A stretch of DNA of 64,000 nt from a virus. Within the stretch, counting starts at the first letter, position 1, and every line of letters begins with the position of its first letter. Below the pieces are notes generated by a model, which did not search any database, was not told the DNA's origin, and saw only the letters and a program-made list of their open reading frames with translations. Made by a program: the position numbers and the translations under genes. Shown piece after piece: positions 9,323 to 19,270 of this stretch. The stretch spans positions 13,971-77,970 of IMG/VR virus record IMGVR_UViG_3300047319_000798; one strand, 5' to 3'.

Positions 9323-9347
9323 CCTTCATTTGTTAAAGGAGGCTACC

Positions 9348-10979
9348 ATGCCCACCATCGGAATTGCGCCTGTTTCACACGGCGACCGCCGCGCCGCTAA
9401 CCGGCGTATGTGGCGCCATCCGCGCGGCCCTAGCCTTCGTCCGCTGCCCGATGGCTTACAGACCAGGGCGAAAGGTTACGTGGACCCGGCGACAGCTCCG
9501 CCGTTTGCGGGGGTGCACGATATCCCGGTGACGCAGTTCTCTCAAGACCCCAACTCCATCGTCACCGTTCAAGTCCAGACGATTCAAGCCCCCACGCCCA
9601 ACACCTATCAGCAGACCGGGTGTCTGGTGTCGTTTGGGGCCACCAGCATCGCTAAGAGTGATGCGGCCGAGCTGACCCAGTGGAGTGATCTCAGTGACGT
9701 CATCATTGGTGCAGCTCCGGCAGCGTCTGTAGCGTGGGCGGCGGGTCTGGTCACACTGACCACGGCTGCGCCTCTGTCGGCGCATTACGCGCCCGGGGAT
9801 ACTCCGTTTATGACCGTGTCCGGGTTCGTGCCCGCTGCCTATAACTACAGCGGCCCGGTGACAATGGTCGACAGCGCCACATTCACTTATCCGTGCGTCA
9901 CTGACCCGGGTCCGGCAACCACGGTTGGAACCTATATGCCGCAGGGCGCGATTGAGCTGTCGCAGATGGCGACAACCTTTTTCGACCAGGGCAACATGGT
10001 TTCGGTCTGGGTATTGGAGTTGGGCTACGGTGCGACTTCCGCCGCCAACGCGACGGCGCTCCAGGGGTGGCTGAACGTCAACCCCAAGGTTTTCTGCGGC
10101 TATCTGTTGCCCCGGTCTTGCGGGTCTAATCAGACATCCATCCAGGCTTTCGAGGCGCTGTTCAAGCAATATCAGAACCCAGAGGCGATGACGTACTTCT
10201 GGCTGACGGTTGGGGCTGGCGTGATTACAACCCTCGACAAGACCTACAAGTGCGTTATCCAGCTAGCGGAGGCCCCGTCTGTCACTGATCTTGCCCAGTC
10301 GAACGCCACCAACCCGAATGGTGAGTTCACGATGGCGGCCATGTTCTACAATGCCATGGCGTTTCGCCCTTCGCAGATCAATCGGGTCGCTCCGATGGCG
10401 TTCAAGTATTTGTACGGCGTCACGGCCTATCCGACCAAGAACAATGGGCCTTTGCTCAAGTCCTTTAAGACCAACGCCACCAACTATGTGGCCACTGGCG
10501 CGGAGGGTGGAGTTTCCTACAACATCGTCTACGAGGGCGTGACCAAGGACGGTCAGGATTACTTCAACTGGTGGTGGACTATCGACTGGGTGCAGATCAA
10601 CATCAATTTGAACCTCAGCAACGCCATCATCAACGGGAGCAACAACCCGTTCGCGCCGCTCTATTACAACCAGGACGGCATCAACTTCCTGGAGACCAAT
10701 CTGTTTAACACTATGCTCTCGGCTTCGACCCTGGGCATGGTGCTGGGGCCGATCACCATGACCGGGTTGAACCAGCCGGATTTGCAGAACAACATCTTGC
10801 TGGGTGTGTTCGAGGGCATGTGCGACGTGAATGCGGTGCAGTTTGTCGATTACGTCAACGCCAATCCGAGCCACTACAAGATTGGGGAATACGACGGGTT
10901 GTCAGTGCTGTTCATCCCGGCGCGCGGCTTCATCCATATCATGGTCAGCGTCACGGCAACCGATCTGGTCACCATCTGA
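9348..10979 (+). CDS. Contractile tail sheath protein (DUF3383-like)
   Basis: About 540 aa; MAFKYLYGVT, NWWWTIDWVQIN and YYNQDGIN motifs; RBS AAGGAGG; precedes the tube gene. Confidence 0.75.
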   Translation: MPTIGIAPVSHGDRRAANRRMWRHPRGPSLRPLPDGLQTRAKGYVDPATAPPFAGVHDIPVTQFSQDPNSIVTVQVQTIQAPTPNTYQQTGCLVSFGATSIAKSDAAELTQWSDLSDVIIGAAPAASVAWAAGLVTLTTAAPLSAHYAPGDTPFMTVSGFVPAAYNYSGPVTMVDSATFTYPCVTDPGPATTVGTYMPQGAIELSQMATTFFDQGNMVSVWVLELGYGATSAANATALQGWLNVNPKVFCGYLLPRSCGSNQTSIQAFEALFKQYQNPEAMTYFWLTVGAGVITTLDKTYKCVIQLAEAPSVTDLAQSNATNPNGEFTMAAMFYNAMAFRPSQINRVAPMAFKYLYGVTAYPTKNNGPLLKSFKTNATNYVATGAEGGVSYNIVYEGVTKDGQDYFNWWWTIDWVQININLNLSNAIINGSNNPFAPLYYNQDGINFLETNLFNTMLSASTLGMVLGPITMTGLNQPDLQNNILLGVFEGMCDVNAVQFVDYVNANPSHYKIGEYDGLSVLFIPARGFIHIMVSVTATDLVTI

Positions 10980-11005
10980 CGCGGGCCGTATGAGGAGACG
11001 GGAAA

Positions 11006-11470
11006 ATGACAGCGTTTGTCGACCAAGGCCAGCTCAACCGCCTCAGCGCCCAGGTGGTTTTTGCTACAGTCCAATCGAACGGGCAGCCCCTCACTATCCC
11101 GTCTGCTTACCTGGGCACGGAGGGTATTCGGCTGGCGCTGGATAGCAACGCCACCGATCTGTTGCCCACGATGACCGGGATGGTAAGTTCGCCCGCGCCT
11201 TATCAGAGCTGCACGCTGACGATGGCCATCGTCAAATCGGCGGCGGCGCTAGCGAACCAGCTCATGCAGATGATGCAGAAGGGGTCGACCATCATCGGCA
11301 ACGTCACGGTCTACCCCGATGTGCCGCCCAATATCCTGCAGCCATTCAATCTGATGAACATGGCGCTGGAGACGGTGCGTGAGATGAACTTCGCCGGCAC
11401 GGAGCCAGTGATCGTATTTACGATGCGCGGGTACATGCAGGTCAACCAAGGGTTCTTTGGTGATCCGTAA
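11006..11470 (+). CDS. Tail tube protein
   Basis: 154 aa directly after the sheath; LPTMTGMVSSP motif. Confidence 0.7.
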   Translation: MTAFVDQGQLNRLSAQVVFATVQSNGQPLTIPSAYLGTEGIRLALDSNATDLLPTMTGMVSSPAPYQSCTLTMAIVKSAAALANQLMQMMQKGSTIIGNVTVYPDVPPNILQPFNLMNMALETVREMNFAGTEPVIVFTMRGYMQVNQGFFGDP

Positions 11471-11492
11471 GCGTTGAATAAGGTGGTGGGAA

Positions 11493-12086
11493 ATGGCTGA
11501 GGTTGTCAAGCTGAATCGAAAGCTTAATGTTGTATTGCCGCCGTTCACGACTGAGAAAGGCCTGGTTTACGTCTATTCGACCCCGATTGCCCTGCCCGTG
11601 TTCCGCGAGCACTACCGCATGCTCGGACGCACGTTCACAGAGATTCAGCGGTTAGGGTATGGGCCGATTACCGGGCCGTCCTTAGCCAGCTATGTGCTCC
11701 GGGATGAGGCCAAGGCTTTCGGCGACGAGGCCCACAGTGAGATGCTAATTCAAGAGGTCAAGCGGCTATCCTTTGTCGTTTACCCGGGCGACCGGGGCTG
11801 GGCTAACATGCCGCTGGGAGAGGCGGTCAAGCGGAGTATCCTGTCGGAAGAGCAAGGGGATGAAGCGGAGAACTTTCTTGTATATTTTACTTGCGCCTCC
11901 TGGATAAAACTGCCCAGCGAGGCGATAGCGATGGAGAGCCTCCGCACACTCTGGCAAGCGCAAATTACATCCTCGACTGTTACGGAGTTTATGAGTTCCT
12001 TGCCGACATCGACAACGGAAGAGAATACTGGCGAGACAGCTGTGACCCCGTTACCGGAGAAGCCACGGTTGTCGGTTCCTGCCTAA
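11493..12086 (+). CDS. Tail assembly chaperone
   Basis: Located between the tube and tape measure genes. Confidence 0.6.
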   Translation: MAEVVKLNRKLNVVLPPFTTEKGLVYVYSTPIALPVFREHYRMLGRTFTEIQRLGYGPITGPSLASYVLRDEAKAFGDEAHSEMLIQEVKRLSFVVYPGDRGWANMPLGEAVKRSILSEEQGDEAENFLVYFTCASWIKLPSEAIAMESLRTLWQAQITSSTVTEFMSSLPTSTTEENTGETAVTPLPEKPRLSVPA

Positions 12087-12220
12087 GCTGGATTGTTGAA
12101 ATTGCTTTTAAGGAGTTCATGGGACAATTTCTGTCCAAGGACAGTAACATAGGATTCACAACCGCAACGGAATGGCGGAATAGGTATTTTCTGCAACTGT
12201 TGAAGGCGACCAATGGCTGA
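11864..12220 (+). CDS. Possible -1 frame extension of tail chaperone (G-T type)
   Basis: The -1 frame is open from 11864 to a stop overlapping the tape measure ATG; no convincing start of its own. Confidence 0.35.
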   Translation, partial: SGELSCIFYLRLLDKTAQRGDSDGEPPHTLASANYILDCYGVYEFLADIDNGREYWRDSCDPVTGEATVVGSCLSWIVEIAFKEFMGQFLSKDSNIGFTTATEWRNRYFLQLLKATNG

Positions 12221-15014
12221 CACGGCTATTCTGAGGGTCGATGTCGCTTCCACCGACTTCGACAAGTTCAAAACCTCATTTGACCAATACGCCAAGACGC
12301 TCCAGAGCACTCTGGACACTTGGGCGAAGATCACAACTGAAGTTAAGGCGGCTTCAGCGGTGATGACCAACATGGCAGCGCCGGTTGCGCGCTCCACCGC
12401 CAATCTCCAAAAATTCACGCAGCAGTTCCAAGAAACGGCGAAGCATTCCTCCGCCATCAAGACCAATGTTGAGTCAATCACCAAAGGTCTGGTGAGCTGG
12501 AAGACGGCTGTCGGTTCGACCTTGGCCCTGTTGGGGATTGGTGCTGGCGGTCTATTTGGTTTGACCTCGCTGGTCAATTCGACGGTGAGTGACCGTGCCC
12601 GGGCGTTGGCTACTGGCGTCGGCTACGGTCAATTCCGTGGGATGAATGCCGGGTCGTTCCCGGGCGCGGGCGCGGCTATGTCGGGCTGGGGCACGGCGAG
12701 TTGGGACCCAACCTCTGGCGCCTACCGGGGCGCGCAGACGCTGTTTGGCGCGGGAACTAACCAACAGCTGTCGCGTCGTGACCCGATGGCGATGATGGAT
12801 GCGCTGGACAAGGCGACCAAGTATCTTGGCCAGTTCGATGAGAAGATGCGCGGCGCTATCGCGGCCACTTCCGGCCTCAATGACCTGTTGGGGCCGGAGG
12901 CGCTGCGCACCTGGATGGCGCTTAACAATGAGGAAAAGGAGGTCAGGCGCAGGGCAATCAAAGCGGCGGGTGACGCGGCGGAGGCGGCTGAACAGGCCAA
13001 TATCAAGTGGGCAACATTCAACATCAAACTAAACTCGGCAGCCTCTATCATTCAGGACACCCTGATTAATAAACTCTCGCCGTTGGCCAAGCCGTTAGGA
13101 GATTTGAATGAAGCGCTTTTGAAGGCCTTCCAAGTTTTTATGGAAACGGAGGGCGTTCAGACAACTATCAAGAAGTTTGGTGATGAGCTTCAAAGGTGGG
13201 CCGATTGGCTTAAAACTACAGAGGGTCAAGAGAGCTTCAACCGGTTCATGGAGAATATGGGCAAGGCAGCGACGATCCTTGCTACTTTTGTCGACACTAT
13301 CGCCCGTATCATCAGATTGGTAGCCCAAAGTCCGGTTGGCCAGTTTGCTGGAAAAGTATTGGGTGCTGTACCCGGTGCGGTCCAGGGGCTGGAGAAGGAA
13401 GGTATTGGCACCCCTCATTTCGGCCCGATGACCCAGGACGATAAGGACCGCAATCTTCGATTGGGCTATGATAGATATGGGGCGAAGATTAATCCAGATG
13501 GATCCAGCGCCAATTTTCCCAATCCTGGCGATGCGCTAAAGGCCACTACAGATCCCAAGGTTCAATCGACACCATGGTACAAACAAAAGAATTTCGGCTT
13601 TGGCTGGGGTAAGTCCAACAACGACCCATCGACCCCCGGCAACGCGGCAGCGACACCGGGGCCGTCTATGGCGGCGTTCTCGGTTGGCGGTCAGAACGCG
13701 GTGCTTGGCGAGCGGATGATGCAGTGGTTTGGTCAGGAGTCAATGGCCACCCAGCAAGCCGCTGATGCCGCTGAGCGCCGCGATACCAAGCTAGAGCGGC
13801 TGTTGGTGTCGATGGAGAATTGGTTCCGGTCGAATAGCGGGAAAGCCGCTGGCGGCGGCGCGGGTGGCACTGGCGTTTACGGTTCGAGTTTTGGCGGCGC
13901 TATCGGCCCGGGCGGGCAGTTGCTAGGCGGGGGCAGCGGAGCTGGCGGAGGAGGGGGTCCGGCTGGCGCGGGCGGGTCTGGTCCACATAGCGCGTCAGGA
14001 TCAGCGGGCGGGCCGGGAGGCGGTGGCTCTGGATCATTTATCGACGCCGTGGCGAATATCGAAAGCAACAACCGCAATATCAAGCAAGGCGTAGTGGACG
14101 TCAACACCCGGAAAGGCACCCCGGCGGGCGGCTATTTCCAGATCATCGACCCAACATGGCGCCGATACGCGGCAGCGGCTGGAGTTGATGTTAACAAGTA
14201 TCCCACGGCCATGAGCGCGCCGCGTGACGTGCAAGCACAGGTCGCGGCGCAAATCCCCGCCAACCAATTCGGGCCGCGTACCCAGCGAATGCTCCATGAG
14301 CAGTTTGGGGCCTTCGACACGCGCAAGACCATTGGTCAGCTCAATGAGCAGTTTGGAGGTTCGGGCGGCGGAGGTCAGGCGGGAGCATCGGCCAACAGCA
14401 CAAGCGAGATCAGAGGCCCGGGCGGCGGCAACGCGGCGGACGCCAATGCGCTCTTGGCTCAGGTCAAGGCCACCCACCCGCACCTGAGCAATGAGCAGTG
14501 CGTGACCCTTGTGCGCGAATACACGGGTATGGGGGGCACGGTCAAGGATTGGCGCAAGGGCCAGAACGTGCTGGGCGGCAACATGAAGGTGGGTACGCCT
14601 ATCGCCACGTTCATGAGCGCCAGCGGCAAGCAGAGCGACCGCTACGATGCTGGCGGTATCGGTACCCCGGGCGCGGGCACGAGCCACGCGGCGCTATTCG
14701 GCGGCTATACACGTGATAAGGACGGCCAGATTACCGGCATCAACGTGATCGAGCAGTACGCCTACAGCGGCAGACCCGGGCAGCAGAAAGGGCCGCACAT
14801 TCAGCATTATGGCGTGGGCGGGTACGGTGAGCACGGGGCGGAGAACTATTTCGGTATCCAAGGCCCAGGCGGCGGTAAAGGGCAAAGGACGGCTTCGCTT
14901 AACGGGATGGACAACGATAATTGGCAACAGAAGCCTATTCACAATGTTCAGATCCACAACAGGACCGGTAGCGATGTGAACATTGCTGCCTCGACTGTAA
15001 TGGCAAGTTCATGA
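12213..15014 (+). CDS. Tape measure protein with lysozyme-like and NlpC/P60-like amidase domains
   Basis: 933 aa; helical N-terminus; IESNNRNI..GGYFQIIDPTW (lysozyme-like); QCVTLVRE..GTPIATF..SHAALF (Cys/His amidase). Confidence 0.75.
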   Translation: MADTAILRVDVASTDFDKFKTSFDQYAKTLQSTLDTWAKITTEVKAASAVMTNMAAPVARSTANLQKFTQQFQETAKHSSAIKTNVESITKGLVSWKTAVGSTLALLGIGAGGLFGLTSLVNSTVSDRARALATGVGYGQFRGMNAGSFPGAGAAMSGWGTASWDPTSGAYRGAQTLFGAGTNQQLSRRDPMAMMDALDKATKYLGQFDEKMRGAIAATSGLNDLLGPEALRTWMALNNEEKEVRRRAIKAAGDAAEAAEQANIKWATFNIKLNSAASIIQDTLINKLSPLAKPLGDLNEALLKAFQVFMETEGVQTTIKKFGDELQRWADWLKTTEGQESFNRFMENMGKAATILATFVDTIARIIRLVAQSPVGQFAGKVLGAVPGAVQGLEKEGIGTPHFGPMTQDDKDRNLRLGYDRYGAKINPDGSSANFPNPGDALKATTDPKVQSTPWYKQKNFGFGWGKSNNDPSTPGNAAATPGPSMAAFSVGGQNAVLGERMMQWFGQESMATQQAADAAERRDTKLERLLVSMENWFRSNSGKAAGGGAGGTGVYGSSFGGAIGPGGQLLGGGSGAGGGGGPAGAGGSGPHSASGSAGGPGGGGSGSFIDAVANIESNNRNIKQGVVDVNTRKGTPAGGYFQIIDPTWRRYAAAAGVDVNKYPTAMSAPRDVQAQVAAQIPANQFGPRTQRMLHEQFGAFDTRKTIGQLNEQFGGSGGGGQAGASANSTSEIRGPGGGNAADANALLAQVKATHPHLSNEQCVTLVREYTGMGGTVKDWRKGQNVLGGNMKVGTPIATFMSASGKQSDRYDAGGIGTPGAGTSHAALFGGYTRDKDGQITGINVIEQYAYSGRPGQQKGPHIQHYGVGGYGEHGAENYFGIQGPGGGKGQRTASLNGMDNDNWQQKPIHNVQIHNRTGSDVNIAASTVMASS

Positions 15015-16537
15015 GATATTACGCCATCAAGATTGATGGAGCGCCAGCGGTGTTCAAGCCGGTGGATGGCGCGCCTGTGGCAGGAGCCCAGTTCAGCAGT
15101 GTTGCGGATGTCGGCTACGGGCAACAGAATGATCCCGGGGCGCTGCGCTGTTTGCTACGTATCGAGATGGTTGATATTTCAACAGTTACCGCCAATTCAT
15201 TCGTGCGTCTGTACGGTGTAGACATAGAGATGTTGAAACAGGCCTCCAACCTGACCGGCAAGAACATTCAGATTTATGCCGGGTTCTGGCCGGGTCTGCC
15301 CCTGGCCACGGAGGAAGCCCCTTATGCGGGCGCGATTTATTGCGGTACAATCTGGCAGGCATTCGGCAACTGGCAAGACGATGACATGACCCTCGACATG
15401 TTGCTCAGCGCCGGCAACACCGCCAGCGGGGCGGGGGACGCTCCTGCGGATAGCGGCGGCGGGTTTCAACCATCACCGCTGACCCCGCCAGTAGCGCCGT
15501 CACGTTTGAGGAGCCGACAGCGGGGAGTGGGGAACCTACGTTCCCCTTCCCCGCATCGCGGGCGGGTATCGGCTCAGCCGCGTGACGATGGCGGTGGAGG
15601 CCTGAGCGGCATAGCCGACAGCATCGGTCAAGCTGTCTCGGCGGTGGCCTCGTCGTTCGCAGCGGGTGCGGGGTGGGGGTCTACACCGGCCAATATTATC
15701 CATAATTGGAACCCGGGGGACTTGCTTAGCAACGCTATGCGGCAGACCTTAACCAAGGCTTTCCCTTGGTGCACTATCGATATCGGGATTGCCGACGTGC
15801 TCAAGAACCCGGGCGCAAAAGACGGCGGCTTCTACAACTCACTAGAGCAATTTGCTGCGTTTGCTAAGCAAACCAGCTTATCGCTGATGAGCGGTAGTCA
15901 GGGCGCGGCGGGTACAATGTCTTCGCTGGTTGGGGCGATGGCCAAGGGGTCGAGTAACGCAGGGCTGCAAACGCTATCTGATGCGCTGGGTGCTGCGGGA
16001 AAGAACGCACCTGGGTCTGACGATTACAAAGGCATACGCACCTTTCTTCGATGTCAGCGGATCATCGCCACCGATAACAACCCGATTAACGGAGTTCATC
16101 AGGGTCCAACGCTCAAGTTTGAAGAGCTAATTGGCCAGCCGACATGGCTTCAAGTCAACACCGTTACATTTCGCACGCCGATGCGCTCTGACATCTATCC
16201 GCCGCTAACGGTTACACTACCGCCTGATACACTAGAGTTTGTGAACCCCTCGCTAGAAACTAGCCAGGTGGGGATAAAATCGCTAAACATCAACTTCGCT
16301 AATCAGCCGGTTACTCTACAGCAGGTGACTATAATCGGGGATAGCCGCCATCCGGACGGGTCATCGTGGTCATTACAGTGTACCGGGTTGGTATCCAGCT
16401 CAGCTATGATGGCGAATAGCGTTGTTGCCCCGCTTCTTGACAGTACCTCTCAAGTGCTGATGGGTCATTTTTCATTAGGGCCAAATCCACCTATCGGGCC
16501 TCAGCGCCGTCGCGCCGTGCGGAGGTATGGTGGATGA
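15011..16537 (+). CDS. Baseplate hub protein
   Basis: MRYYAIKI start; GTIWQAFGNW and LIGQPTW motifs; follows the tape measure. Confidence 0.6.
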   Translation: MRYYAIKIDGAPAVFKPVDGAPVAGAQFSSVADVGYGQQNDPGALRCLLRIEMVDISTVTANSFVRLYGVDIEMLKQASNLTGKNIQIYAGFWPGLPLATEEAPYAGAIYCGTIWQAFGNWQDDDMTLDMLLSAGNTASGAGDAPADSGGGFQPSPLTPPVAPSRLRSRQRGVGNLRSPSPHRGRVSAQPRDDGGGGLSGIADSIGQAVSAVASSFAAGAGWGSTPANIIHNWNPGDLLSNAMRQTLTKAFPWCTIDIGIADVLKNPGAKDGGFYNSLEQFAAFAKQTSLSLMSGSQGAAGTMSSLVGAMAKGSSNAGLQTLSDALGAAGKNAPGSDDYKGIRTFLRCQRIIATDNNPINGVHQGPTLKFEELIGQPTWLQVNTVTFRTPMRSDIYPPLTVTLPPDTLEFVNPSLETSQVGIKSLNINFANQPVTLQQVTIIGDSRHPDGSSWSLQCTGLVSSSAMMANSVVAPLLDSTSQVLMGHFSLGPNPPIGPQRRRAVRRYGG

Positions 16538-17373
16538 GTTCAATTGAACAATGGAAGCTAAGCTATCAGGTCTCACCGATCTTCCTGACCGGGCCACCGG
16601 TGGCCAACGTGCCCAACGGTATGTTGCCGTTTTTGTCCATCACCAATCCAGAACTCTTCCCAGCCACCTCCAACACGCCGGGCATGCCGTCGCAATCTTT
16701 CGACCTTGCGACAGTGAACCTCACCGCCACGTCCTTTGTTGAGTTGGGTAAGTCATTGGACAATGCTTTCGGGGCCTTTAACGTGCTAGCGGGCGGTTCG
16801 CTGATCCAGCAGACGGTGGCCAAGTACCCGTTCGCCAACCAGAGCTACGCCGCCAACGCTATCCTGCGCGACCCTCTACACGTCTCCCTGATCTGGGACA
16901 CACCGATGCGCGGGGCCAATGCTTGGGGCACGAAGCTGACAACTATGCAGAGCCTGAAGCAGCGGCTAGACACCCACAATAACGGCGGCGGCACCTACAT
17001 CGTGGTCACCCCGGCATACGTGTATGATAACCTGGTCATGTTGTCGTTGACTGATGCCTCGCGCGGTTCGAGCAACCTGCCCCAGAATGCCTGGCGGTTT
17101 GACTTTGAGCGCCCGCTCATTGTGCTCCAGGAGCTGCGCAAAGCTCAGGGCGCGCTTATGTCTAAGCTGACCAACGGCGTAATTACCAACGGAGCCTGGT
17201 CTGGGCCCGCCGCTGGTCTGGGGTCAATCACCGCCGTACCGAACATGAGCAGCGGCCCTAACGCCCCGATACCGTCTATGACTGCCTCGGGGGTGCCCGC
17301 TGGCACGCCGAGCGGCCCGGGTGTGGCGGGTGGCGGTGGTATTGGCTCCGTGGGCTATAGTGGACCGGTATGA
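16534..17373 (+). CDS. Tail tube initiator / baseplate protein
   Basis: YPFANQ..AANA, GGTYIVVTP and WRFDFERPL motifs; synteny. Confidence 0.55.
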   Translation: MSSIEQWKLSYQVSPIFLTGPPVANVPNGMLPFLSITNPELFPATSNTPGMPSQSFDLATVNLTATSFVELGKSLDNAFGAFNVLAGGSLIQQTVAKYPFANQSYAANAILRDPLHVSLIWDTPMRGANAWGTKLTTMQSLKQRLDTHNNGGGTYIVVTPAYVYDNLVMLSLTDASRGSSNLPQNAWRFDFERPLIVLQELRKAQGALMSKLTNGVITNGAWSGPAAGLGSITAVPNMSSGPNAPIPSMTASGVPAGTPSGPGVAGGGGIGSVGYSGPV

Positions 17374-17474
17374 CTGATCCTGACGCAGAGCTGCATATCC
17401 ATTTGGATCTGATGGGCATATTGCTCGTGATCCTGGTGATCTGGGGCGTCTGGAAACTTATGAACTGGCTATGA
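17370..17474 (+). CDS. 34-aa single-TM peptide
   Basis: MTDPDAELHIHLDLMGILLVILVIWGVWKLMNWL*; ATGA overlaps at both ends. Confidence 0.45.
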   Translation: MTDPDAELHIHLDLMGILLVILVIWGVWKLMNWL

Positions 17475-17959
17475 CCACCTACGTTCCATTTCGCCGCTCT
17501 AATACCAGCGCGCCGCGCCTTACGGTGGTGCTCGACTATCAAGACACCACAATGATCGTCACGTGGAACGTGGCGTCGCAGCGTTACTTTCTCAACCTGT
17601 ACACTCTCGACGGCGTATGGATTTGCACGGTACCGCTGATTGAAACGTCGCGCGGCCAGCGGGTGGTGTCGATGGTCTATGACCCGAACCAGGGCGTATT
17701 GATCGGCCAGATGGAGAAGCCGATGTACCGGTCCCCGGGCCAGGTTGTTAACTACACGCTAGAGGATTTCTCACCGCCATCAATCAACGGCCCGCGCGAA
17801 TGCCTGACCCTATACGATCAGCGGTTCACATTCCCCAGCGTTGACCCCGGGGTGATCACTGTGATGGGGCACGCCTCCCGCTATCAGAACATGGTGGCTG
17901 GCTATTTCCAGTATTCAACTCTGATCTTTCGCAATGGGCAATTCGAGACTAACCCGTGA
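17471..17959 (+). CDS. Baseplate protein
   Basis: VTWNVASQRYFLNLY motif; synteny. Confidence 0.55.
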   Translation: MTTYVPFRRSNTSAPRLTVVLDYQDTTMIVTWNVASQRYFLNLYTLDGVWICTVPLIETSRGQRVVSMVYDPNQGVLIGQMEKPMYRSPGQVVNYTLEDFSPPSINGPRECLTLYDQRFTFPSVDPGVITVMGHASRYQNMVAGYFQYSTLIFRNGQFETNP

Positions 17960-18756
17960 CTGACAACGCCCTCAAGACCCCGTTCAACCTTTCGCTGATC
18001 AGCGCCGCTGACCGGCGCGCTGACAATTTCCGCCAGACCCAGGCCAAGTCTATCCCGGTCAAAGTCACCAAGGTCACCAAGGATTTTGTCACTGTCAGCT
18101 TTGAGCCGCAGAACGGTATCCAGACCCTGCCCCAGATGCAGCTCACCCAGTCGTTCTCGCGCTATGGGCGTGAGCCGACGCAAGTGGGTGATATGGGCTA
18201 CGCGGTGCCCAGCGAATACAACACCCAGACCCTGTCGGGGATGGGCGGCAGCTATACCAACTTCTATCCCAAAGGCAATCTAACCCCGCTCTCGTTCCAG
18301 CCGTTCAGCAAGTCTCAGGACGAGACCCGGGATTATGACCAATACACGATGACCGGGGGGCCGAACGGGGTCAAGATTATCCAGAGCACCCAGTCCGCCA
18401 AGGAGCAGCCACCGGGGAACACAGGGCAGCCTCAGCCCACAGCTTTCCAGCGGCGGATATTAGGCATGGGCTCCCGGGCACGCTCGCGATGGCTCCGACA
18501 GGCCCCTAGACCGGTGCTACGGGCTACACAGCAGACGCCTAAAGCCTTTATGCAGATCGACAAGAAGGGCGTAATCCTGCATCAAAGCCCCGACGCCAAG
18601 CACCAAATCCTAGTCGATCAGGACAGCCAGAAGATTGCCATGAACGTGCCGATCAGCGATACCGTATTTCTGGGTGGCGACGGCAAAGAGGGGAAATATG
18701 CCCTGGTGGCAACGATAGATGGGCCGAGCAAGAACGTCAAAGCAAGGATTGGATGA
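17956..18756 (+). CDS. Baseplate central spike (gpV/gp45-like)
   Basis: OB-fold-like N-terminus (SIPVKVTKV..PTQVGDMGYAVP); beta-rich C-terminus. Confidence 0.6.
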   Translation: MTDNALKTPFNLSLISAADRRADNFRQTQAKSIPVKVTKVTKDFVTVSFEPQNGIQTLPQMQLTQSFSRYGREPTQVGDMGYAVPSEYNTQTLSGMGGSYTNFYPKGNLTPLSFQPFSKSQDETRDYDQYTMTGGPNGVKIIQSTQSAKEQPPGNTGQPQPTAFQRRILGMGSRARSRWLRQAPRPVLRATQQTPKAFMQIDKKGVILHQSPDAKHQILVDQDSQKIAMNVPISDTVFLGGDGKEGKYALVATIDGPSKNVKARIG

Positions 18757-18901
18757 ATGCGTGTACCCAGCCCGCTTAACAGCCTCGGCGCACAAGCCTC
18801 CCAGCGCGCCACGACCCACCCGCCATTTGTGCGCTCTATTCGCGCCTTTGGACAGGCGCGGATATCCCGGGTGACGGAGACAGTGAAGGGACAACCCACC
18901 T

Positions 18902-19270
18902 ATGCGCACATACGGAAGGACCCAGGACGTCCTTACGGGACAAAAGACCTGGGTAGTGGTGGAAACGGACCCAAACGGGTTCAACGACATGGTCATGCTG
19001 ACCACGCTGGTCCAGTGCATAAAGTTGAACCTGGGTGAGTCTCCCTTCTGGGCTGACTGGGGCATTCCGGCTTACACGTCGATCATCACCCAGATCCACC
19101 CTGATCTGTATATGGCGATAATGCAGCAGCGGTTCGCGCCTTACTTTATGACCCTGATGCTGCAGAAGATGAATGACGTCACGGATGAGGCCGGTCGGCC
19201 CGCGCCTTACTACGCGATCACCGTGATCACTAACTACGGTTCGACCCTAGAAACAGTGGTTCCTGTCTGA
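18902..19270 (+). CDS. Baseplate wedge / sheath initiator (W/gp46-like)
   Basis: LNLGESPFWADWGIP motif; directly upstream of the J-like gene. Confidence 0.65.
   Translation: MRTYGRTQDVLTGQKTWVVVETDPNGFNDMVMLTTLVQCIKLNLGESPFWADWGIPAYTSIITQIHPDLYMAIMQQRFAPYFMTLMLQKMNDVTDEAGRPAPYYAITVITNYGSTLETVVPV

Noticed and set aside
18757-19038. 93-aa ORF between spike and wedge genes
   Set aside because: Overlaps the wedge gene by 137 nt and has shadow-ORF composition; not supported.
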